Of a stretch of 64,000 nucleotides of DNA, positions 51,052-58,290 are shown in pieces (positions within the stretch are counted from its first letter, which is position 1; the number at the start of each line of letters is the position of its first letter). The stretch is taken from positions 1 through 64,000 of the forward strand of contig JBFWNW010000004.1 in assembly GCA_050250855.1 (NCBI GenBank). Direction: 5' to 3'. The stretch is from Candidatus Babeliales bacterium (lineage in GTDB: Bacteria > Babelota > Babeliae > Babelales > JACPOV01). Below the pieces are notes generated by a model that saw only the letters and a list, made by a program, of their open reading frames with translations, ran no database searches and was not told the origin of the DNA. Made by a program: the position numbers and the translations under genes.

Positions 51052-51872
51052 TATTCAAATACACCTTTTACGCAGCAGGTACATGGAAAAAATAACCAAC
51101 CATAAAACGTTTTGCCTTCTTCAAAATTTCTTTTTCCAGTAGAATCATATTTGTCATGACAACAGTCATGTGCTATTAGAGAGCCCACACAGCAAAGAGG
51201 GCAAAAGATCAGTTGTGTGGCGGTACGTGCACTACACATAAGAAGCCATATTCCGGTGCCTAAATAGTATTTTCTTGATTTTTTATATTCTTCATAATTT
51301 CCATGTTCCAATGTACTAGAAGAAGCGATGCCATATTTTTGTTTAATGCGTTTGGTGTAGTTTTCTTGGCAGATTTCATTCCATTTTTCTTCTTCTTCCG
51401 GCCATCGCATACACCATGGCACGGTGCAAATACAGCAATCTTGGCAAGTATCCAAACAGTCGGATTGATAATCCATTTTTTTGTAAGCTTTTTGCATTGT
51501 TATTTGATCATTATTTTTTTGAGCAATTTCAATAATTTTTTTTGCATTTTTTGGTGTTAATCTTAAATGTTGAGCAAGAAGCTTTTCAAGTTTGGGACTT
51601 CTTGAGTTTGAGAGTGGCTCAAGGTTGCTACACAATGTATGAAAATGCTTATTAGTTTTTGCCATTGCTTTAATTGTTTTTAAACTATCTTCACTGTCAG
51701 TGGCAATATATTCTAAGATGTGCAGTTGCACAGGAAGCGGCACCTCATTCAGATAATCATACGCAACTATTTCTTGTTTTGAATCTTTTAACAAAGGCGT
51801 AGTTTCTGATGTCATTGCATTAAAAGAATATGCTGCGGTAATTATTGTTAGGTACGTTATACATTTATTCAT
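51051..51872 (-). CDS. secreted F-box-like, Cys-rich 'KYG' family protein
   Basis: LNEVPLPVQLHILEYI..IKAMAKTNKHFHTLC; IKQKYG; Cys-rich tail. Confidence 0.75.
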   Translation of the reverse strand: MNKCITYLTIITAAYSFNAMTSETTPLLKDSKQEIVAYDYLNEVPLPVQLHILEYIATDSEDSLKTIKAMAKTNKHFHTLCSNLEPLSNSRSPKLEKLLAQHLRLTPKNAKKIIEIAQKNNDQITMQKAYKKMDYQSDCLDTCQDCCICTVPWCMRWPEEEEKWNEICQENYTKRIKQKYGIASSSTLEHGNYEEYKKSRKYYLGTGIWLLMCSARTATQLIFCPLCCVGSLIAHDCCHDKYDSTGKRNFEEGKTFYGWLFFPCTCCVKGVFE

Positions 51873-51899
51873 ATTTATCCCTGATAGTGTGATTTTGAA

Positions 51900-52778
51900 T
51901 TATTTGTTTAGAGATAAAAGATCTAAAAGTTCGGTTCTATTGTTTTCTGATATAAATTTTGTAAAATTTACTACATGATCAGCAGCAGATTCATTAAATT
52001 TATTTTTTAATGATGGATTTGCACCATGTTTTAACAATAACTGTATAATAGCAACTACATCTTTTTGAGTGAGTACACTTGCTTTTTGTGTGACACGCAT
52101 TAAAGGCGTGGTCTCATTATTATCAGTTGTATTACAATCAGCATTCCAAGCAAGAAGCTGTTCTACGGCTTTTGTATGAAGACCCCAGACTGCCCAATGC
52201 AGAGCGGTTTGACCAAAAGTATCTTTTTGATTAATAAGACATTTTTTTGTGCCAAAAAGAAGTTTCATGATTTCAAGCTTGCCAGCTCCAGAGGCCCACT
52301 GAAAAGGAGTTTTTCCTTCAACGCCTCCTAGTTCAGGATTTGCGCCAGCATCAAGAAGAAGCTGTACAATATCAGTATGTCCTTTGTAACTTGCCCATGC
52401 AAGAGGAGTTTGTCCTTTGTTATTACGTGCATTTATTTGTACTTTTGGTTGTTGTAGCAAGAGCTCAACAACTTTTTTTTGGTTATTGCTAGCAGCCCAA
52501 TGTAAAGCAGTTTCGCCACGTTTATCTGTGTTGTTTATTATAGATGGACTATCGATAAGCCATTCTTGGACCGTATCATAGTGACCATGACCAGCTGCCC
52601 ATTGAATAGTTATATCATCAAACTTTTCTACCATGGGTTTTTGTTCATAAAAATTCTGGCTCGTTTTAGCTTGAGGCATATATTTTTGTTGCGCTCGAGA
52701 AAGTTTTCTTTCCATAGCTTGCATTGATCCAGCAACAACAAGAAGGAAAAGAAGGGGATATTTTGTATAAGTATTCAT
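51900..52778 (-). CDS. secreted ankyrin-repeat protein
   Basis: Ankyrin repeats; paralog of 49832..50671. Confidence 0.93.
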   Translation of the reverse strand: MNTYTKYPLLFLLVVAGSMQAMERKLSRAQQKYMPQAKTSQNFYEQKPMVEKFDDITIQWAAGHGHYDTVQEWLIDSPSIINNTDKRGETALHWAASNNQKKVVELLLQQPKVQINARNNKGQTPLAWASYKGHTDIVQLLLDAGANPELGGVEGKTPFQWASGAGKLEIMKLLFGTKKCLINQKDTFGQTALHWAVWGLHTKAVEQLLAWNADCNTTDNNETTPLMRVTQKASVLTQKDVVAIIQLLLKHGANPSLKNKFNESAADHVVNFTKFISENNRTELLDLLSLNK

Positions 52779-52942
52779 ATAAACACTCCATTTAGTTATG
52801 CTTTTGTTTAATATCTATTAGTAATTATATCATAAAAAAAATAAAAGTAAAGGGGGTTTTATACCTGTAAAGAGAGCACAAAGCCCCAAGGCTTTTCAGT
52901 AGCTTTTGAAATACCTATTCTGGGGGTGCTCAGGATAGTCTT

Positions 52943-54580
52943 TTACAGACTTCTGGTTGCTACAAAGATAGGCAATTTTCCCTCTGCGCGCAAAGTTCCT
53001 TTAATAACATGAGCAACGGTATTAAATGCATCAACATCATTTTCATAGCCCATAATAAGAGCATCAGGTTGTAATTCTAAGAATAAGGGAATGCTATACG
53101 GTGTGCCAAAAAGAGCAATGATAACTGTTTTGCCCGATAAGTTTTTTAAGAATGTTAAAAATTCAAGGGAAAAACCATAGAGCTGTTTATTCTTTTCTGG
53201 GGCACAGGTAACAATAATTGTTTGATAGTTTTTAGTAAGCGCGGCACATTTAGGTATAGTTTCAGATGCTACGGTAAAAGAGGGTATTTCTAATATTCTG
53301 TCAAACATACTGTTGTGTGGCGTGCAATGAAAAATGCACGTATTTTCAGTATACGCGAGCGGCAGCATATTATTATTGCATATGAGTGTAATAGCTTTTT
53401 CAAAGGCCATTTTTTTCAGCTGACAGGCAGAAGCGTCATGTATGCGCGCTAAAGCTTGTTTTTCATCAATAAATTTTTCTTTATTCAGGTGAAGTTTTTC
53501 TTTTATCCGTAACAATTTAAGAACTTTTTTATTAACCTTTTTTTCTGAAAGTATACCCTCTGTAACAGCTTGTTCAAGATAGGCTATAGTTTCTGGGACT
53601 AAAATAGGACAGAGCAAAATATCGTTACCCGCTTGTAGTGCTTTCAATGCAACCTCTTGCGCTGAATAATGATTGGTAAGTGCTTTCATGCCCAAGCCAT
53701 CAGTGAATACAAGGCCTTTAAAGCCAAGTTCTTTTTGCAGAATATTTGTTACGACATTTCCAGAAAGGCTTGCTGGTAACGAATCATCAAAAGCAGGAAT
53801 AAGAAGATGAGCATTCATAACAGCAGCAACACCAGCATCAATAAGTTGTTTGAAGGGGTAAAGTTCTTGCGCGTGCAGTTCATCTTTATTTTTTAAAATA
53901 GTTGGCAAGTGATAATGTGAATCAAGATTAGTGTCACCATGCCCTGGAAAATGTTTTGCGCAAGCAAGAATGCCGGCATCTTGCAAACCATGCATAAATG
54001 TTGCCCCGCACGTAGCAACGTGTTCTTTCGTGTCGCCAAATGCACGATCATGAATTACAGGATTGTCAGGATTGGTATTACTATCAACAACCGGAGCAAA
54101 ATTAATATGAACACCAATAGCTTTGCATTGCTCCCCAATTTCTTTGCCAACGGCATAAAGCAATGCGTGGTCTTGCATAGCGCCAAGCGTAAGATTTTTA
54201 GGAAAGCGGACTGCATTTTCATGGCGCATAGCAAGGCCCCATTCGCAATCTTGTCCAACGAGTAGCGGAATTGCGCTCAATGCTTGGAATCTATTAGTAA
54301 GCTCTATTTGCCTACTGGTAGAACCTTTATATAAAAAAATAATGCCGCCAATGGAATACTGTTCTATGAGCAGCTCAAGATGATCATGATTGAGATTATA
54401 TGCAGATCGTTGTTGCCAATCAATTTGATCATGCGAAGGTGGTAAAACTGCTGCTGTTGTTGCCACCATGCATAATTGACCAATTTTTTGACGAAGTGAA
54501 AGGTGTGCAAGCGTTTCTTCTGCCCAACCGGCATGCGCGCTTGTTGAGAGTAGTATGATACTAAAAATATTTATTTTCAT
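52943..54580 (-). CDS. GH3 beta-N-acetylhexosaminidase (NagZ-like), exported
   Basis: KHFPGHGDT..DSH, NFAPVVD, FTDGLGM motifs; signal peptide. Confidence 0.9.
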   Translation of the reverse strand: MKINIFSIILLSTSAHAGWAEETLAHLSLRQKIGQLCMVATTAAVLPPSHDQIDWQQRSAYNLNHDHLELLIEQYSIGGIIFLYKGSTSRQIELTNRFQALSAIPLLVGQDCEWGLAMRHENAVRFPKNLTLGAMQDHALLYAVGKEIGEQCKAIGVHINFAPVVDSNTNPDNPVIHDRAFGDTKEHVATCGATFMHGLQDAGILACAKHFPGHGDTNLDSHYHLPTILKNKDELHAQELYPFKQLIDAGVAAVMNAHLLIPAFDDSLPASLSGNVVTNILQKELGFKGLVFTDGLGMKALTNHYSAQEVALKALQAGNDILLCPILVPETIAYLEQAVTEGILSEKKVNKKVLKLLRIKEKLHLNKEKFIDEKQALARIHDASACQLKKMAFEKAITLICNNNMLPLAYTENTCIFHCTPHNSMFDRILEIPSFTVASETIPKCAALTKNYQTIIVTCAPEKNKQLYGFSLEFLTFLKNLSGKTVIIALFGTPYSIPLFLELQPDALIMGYENDVDAFNTVAHVIKGTLRAEGKLPIFVATRSL

Positions 54581-54689
54581 AGTGCTTTCTGGTGCCGCGC
54601 TCAATCATTATTATCATTATATTTCAATTGAAAAAATACTCTTTTAATAGTATTATAATACTATATTTTTAACCACATGAGGTGAACCT

Positions 54690-55127
54690 ATGATTACCAC
54701 AACATTATATTGGTTGCTAGCAGCACTTTTATTATTATTTTTTGAGCTGGCAAGTCCCAGTCATTTTTTATTTTTTTCATTTTCATGTGGTGCTTTAGGC
54801 GGTGCTATTGCTAGTTGGTTGAATCTAACAATTTTTTGGCAGGCACTTATAGCATGTGCATTTACCATCAGTTCATTTATCTATTTGCGTTGGTGGTTGC
54901 AGGTGCATACTAAAAAGAAAGCGGAATATGAATCAAATATGTTTGCCTTGGTAGGTAAAACGGGAATTATTACCAAAGCAGCGCAAGCTCAAGAATTTGG
55001 GCAGGTTAAAATTGGCGGCCAAATATGGTCATGCCGCGGTGTACATGATCAAGCCATGCAAGAAGGAAGTAGAGTGCGTATCGTCCGTGTGCAAGGTGCA
55101 CATGTTGTTGTAGAACCTCTTGTTTGA
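54690..55127 (+). CDS. NfeD family membrane protein
   Basis: TM helices plus LVGKTG..GQVKIGGQIW OB-fold; upstream of an SPFH gene. Confidence 0.88.
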   Translation: MITTTLYWLLAALLLLFFELASPSHFLFFSFSCGALGGAIASWLNLTIFWQALIACAFTISSFIYLRWWLQVHTKKKAEYESNMFALVGKTGIITKAAQAQEFGQVKIGGQIWSCRGVHDQAMQEGSRVRIVRVQGAHVVVEPLV

Positions 55128-55139
55128 AAGGCTTAGATT

Positions 55140-56120
55140 ATGATCGAAATTGGTATTTTTCTTATAGTTCTTTTAGTTATTGGTGCATTTATTTTAGCGC
55201 AATCTGTCTATTTAATTCGCCAATCAGAGGCACTTATTATTGAACGTTTTGGGCGCTTTGACCGTGTATTAACGCCAGGGTTGCATATGATTATGCCATT
55301 CATGGACCGTCCTCATATGGTTGTTTGGACATTTTTGGTGCCTGATGGCCGTGGAAAATATATGCGCATTTTGCAAAACGTTACTAAAATTGATCTGCGC
55401 GAAGCGGTATATGATTTTCCAAAACAAAATGTAATTACCAAAGATAACGTAACCATGGAAATTAATGCCTTGTTATATTATCAAATTACTGATCCAAAAG
55501 CTGCTATTTATGAAGTGGCGAATTTGCCAGAAGCAATTGAAAAATTAACGCAAACAACGTTGCGTAACGTTATAGGTTCCTTGGACCTTGATGAAACATT
55601 GACTTCACGCGATCAGATCAATGAAAAGCTTCGTATTATTTTAGATGAAGCAACAGACAAATGGGGCGTTAAGGTAAACCGTGTTGAACTGCAGGAAGTA
55701 AATCCACCGCATGATATTCGTCAAGCAATGGAAAAACAAATGCGCGCTGAGCGTGATCGCCGTGCAAAGATTTTGGAATCTGAAGGTACTAAGCGTGCAG
55801 CAATTTTAGAAGCAGAAGGTATGCAAGAATCAAGTATTCTTAGAGCAAAAGGTATAGCAGAATCACAAGTTATTACCGCAACTGCAGAAGCTGAAGCCCG
55901 TTTAAAAATTGCTCAAGCTGAAGCAAAAGCTATTGAAATGATTCAGCAAGCAATGCCAGCTGGCGATCCCATGCATTATATGATTGCAACGCAGTATATC
56001 AAAGCCTTGCCAGAATTAACTAAAGGCAAAGATGATAAACTGGTGGTAATTCCTTACGAAGCAGCATCGCTGGCTGGTTCTGTAGCTTCTATTAAGAAAA
56101 TATTTCAGGAAGTGAAGTAA
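55140..56120 (+). CDS. SPFH/stomatin (QmcA-like) protein
   Basis: ERFGRF..PGLH, VITKDNV, TTLRNVIG, WGVKVNRVE, KQMRAER motifs. Confidence 0.95.
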   Translation: MIEIGIFLIVLLVIGAFILAQSVYLIRQSEALIIERFGRFDRVLTPGLHMIMPFMDRPHMVVWTFLVPDGRGKYMRILQNVTKIDLREAVYDFPKQNVITKDNVTMEINALLYYQITDPKAAIYEVANLPEAIEKLTQTTLRNVIGSLDLDETLTSRDQINEKLRIILDEATDKWGVKVNRVELQEVNPPHDIRQAMEKQMRAERDRRAKILESEGTKRAAILEAEGMQESSILRAKGIAESQVITATAEAEARLKIAQAEAKAIEMIQQAMPAGDPMHYMIATQYIKALPELTKGKDDKLVVIPYEAASLAGSVASIKKIFQEVK

Positions 56121-56126
56121 GTTTTA

Positions 56127-56277
56127 TACTTATTCATGAATTATTAACTACCGTCCGAATGCTTCGACAGGCTCAGCACGAACGACTGTAATGTAACTTT
56201 TTTTTTATCCGTTCGCCCTGCGGTGCCCGGCGTAGCTTTACGCAAAGCCTGGGAGCTCGTCGAAGGGTACGAACGGA
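56127..56277. repeat. family A element with nested family B insert
   Basis: acttattcatgaattattaa terminal repeat; cttcgacaggctcagcacgaacg; insert cccggcgtagctttacgcaaagcctggg. Confidence 0.8.
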
Positions 56278-56291
56278 GAATTAATCGAAGC

Positions 56292-57569
56292 TCAATCTAC
56301 ATCACTATATTTTCTGGGTAAATTTTTTTCTCCCTGATGTCTACCAATATTATAGATATCTTCCAAAGTTGGTTTATATTCAGAGGCTGGGGTATTTTGT
56401 TCAATCTGTTGCAATGATGTTTCAAGAGATGAAAGTTGTTTTTGGAGCGATTGAAGCTCAAGAGCAAGAGGACTTGCAGCAGGTGTTTCAATGGTAATAG
56501 GTTTTGTTACAGGAGCAGCCTTTACCGTTTTATCCCAACCATCTTTTCTTTGGTATATAAATAAATAGCCGCTTGCATTCGATTGGAGACCACCTTCAAT
56601 TTGTTCTTTGTGCTGAGAGTCATTAATTGATACTTGAAGTACTTGCTGGTCATCGCAACGATACCAGATGTTATTTGGTTGACGAACATAAGCCCAGTAA
56701 TGACCACCTTTTGCACCGCCACCTTGCACGATTACGCTTATTAATTCATAATCTGTCGGTTGGCCTTTTGTATTGACATAGTTTTTAATATCAAGTTTCT
56801 CAGGAATAGAAATTTGGTTGTGCAATTTTTGGCCAAAATTATCAAAGCGTTTTAGTGAAATAAAGAGAATTTCTGGTGCTTTGGACATTTTAAGTTGCTT
56901 GGTACAATCTGCGCGTTTTTCTTGTATGTTTGCTGCTGTTTCTTTCATACCTTTTTTGTATATGATGTATTCATCAATTTTTTCTATAGCAAAATAATTC
57001 TGTAGGCATTCTTGTAAGGAATTTAAGTTTTTTCCACTATTATTTTGTATCGGAAGGTCTAGGTTCTGGGCATCGTCTGTTTTAGGAACAGAAAAACCTT
57101 TATCTTGAGTTCTTGCAGGGCAATTGATCGTTGATATGAGTAAAAAATGAAAAAAATTTTTTATGGGCGAATTTTCTTTCTCTTTATCTGTGGCATATTT
57201 ATTATGTAATTTTTCTGAAAATTTCCATATAAATTCAGTAGCATCTTCTTGCGAACCACAGACAGGACCTTCTTCCTCTGATTTCATCAGTTCGTATGCT
57301 TGTTTATCCAGTGTTCCCAAAGTACCACTGCATCCAAATGTTTGTTGAGGAGTATTTCTAAACTGAGTAATAAGAGTAATATAATTACCAACAATAGTTT
57401 GATCCGTTGGTTTTTGTTGTATAAGAAAATTAGTCAATGGGGTGATGTTGTATAATGCTTGAAGGCTGGCATTTAAAAAGCAGGTGTTGCCACAATTTTG
57501 CAGCTTATGCGGTTGAGCGAAGGCAGTTTGTGTTGCCAAACACATAATAAAAAGAATAAGTTTTTTCAT
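56292..57569 (-). CDS. secreted eukaryote-like ubiquitin-specific protease (peptidase C19/USP)
   Basis: Cys box LQNCGNTCFLNASLQAL, QEDATEF, LQECLQNYF, ISLKRF, His box GGHYWAYVR..WYRCDDQQV, GYLFIYQR. Confidence 0.9.
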   Translation of the reverse strand: MKKLILFIMCLATQTAFAQPHKLQNCGNTCFLNASLQALYNITPLTNFLIQQKPTDQTIVGNYITLITQFRNTPQQTFGCSGTLGTLDKQAYELMKSEEEGPVCGSQEDATEFIWKFSEKLHNKYATDKEKENSPIKNFFHFLLISTINCPARTQDKGFSVPKTDDAQNLDLPIQNNSGKNLNSLQECLQNYFAIEKIDEYIIYKKGMKETAANIQEKRADCTKQLKMSKAPEILFISLKRFDNFGQKLHNQISIPEKLDIKNYVNTKGQPTDYELISVIVQGGGAKGGHYWAYVRQPNNIWYRCDDQQVLQVSINDSQHKEQIEGGLQSNASGYLFIYQRKDGWDKTVKAAPVTKPITIETPAASPLALELQSLQKQLSSLETSLQQIEQNTPASEYKPTLEDIYNIGRHQGEKNLPRKYSDVD

Positions 57570-57693
57570 AAAATCCCTTTTTTATAATGAATTATTTTTG
57601 AGCATACTATTTATTTTTTATGGTTTACAAGGATTTTAGGGCCCTACGGGCTAGTTTTTTTTGTTTATTATATTTTTTATATCTTAAGTTTTA

Positions 57694-57858
57694 CGACCCC
57701 TATTCGGGGCAGAACCAGCCCCTTTTGCTTGTACAAAAGGGCTGGACAAAAATACACCAACATGCTGTTGGATCAGCTTGCCCGCTCAGACATCAACCAC
57801 TCATCCTTCGGCTTTCAGCCTTGGCTTCAGGTCGCTGATTCGCTACCGGTGTGAATGT
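57694..57858 (-). ncRNA. candidate structured ncRNA of unknown family
   Basis: GC-rich island with nested stems; TATAAT just upstream on the minus strand. Confidence 0.4.
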
Positions 57859-57870
57859 ATAAATTATAAT

Positions 57871-58008
57871 TCGTTCGCCCTGAGCCTGTCGAAGGGGTGC
57901 GAACAAAAAGTAAGGCCATTCGTATGCTTCGACAAGCTCAGCACGAACGGAGTTAGTGTTGAGCATAGCGTTTACTACTGAGTTTATCGAAGTATCAGCA
58001 CGAACGGT
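57871..58008. repeat. cluster of family A palindromes
   Basis: cgttcgccctgagcctgtcgaagggg; cttcgacaagctcagcacgaacgg; ctgagtttatcgaag..cagcacgaacgg. Confidence 0.85.
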
Positions 58009-58020
58009 TAATTTTAATAT

Positions 58021-58233
58021 TATGCACCTTGAAAGCTCATATGTTTGAGAGCTTCTCAGTTTTCTTGCCCGGCGTAGCTTTTTTAAGCGAAGCCTGGGTA
58101 AAAACTGGAAGCCGAGTTATGAGCGCAGAGAGATACATAAGAGATCTTCTCTTATGTGCCCTTGTGTTAAGGGTATTGGGCACGCAATACCTTTGTGCCC
58201 TGCGCCTGGCATGAAGGCGTCGTGAGATATGCA
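58021..58233. ncRNA. candidate multibranched structured RNA carrying a family B insert
   Basis: At least six stems visible; insert cccggcgtagc..gcgaagcctggg. Confidence 0.35.
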
Positions 58234-58290
58234 AAAATAAAAAAATAGATGTTGTAGAAAGATAAAATTAATTAAATTAATTAAAAAAAA

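Noticed and set aside
57690..57730. tmRNA 5' end (minus-strand ggggctggttctg)
   Set aside because: No following GATTCGAC, no T-arm/CCA end and no tag reading frame.
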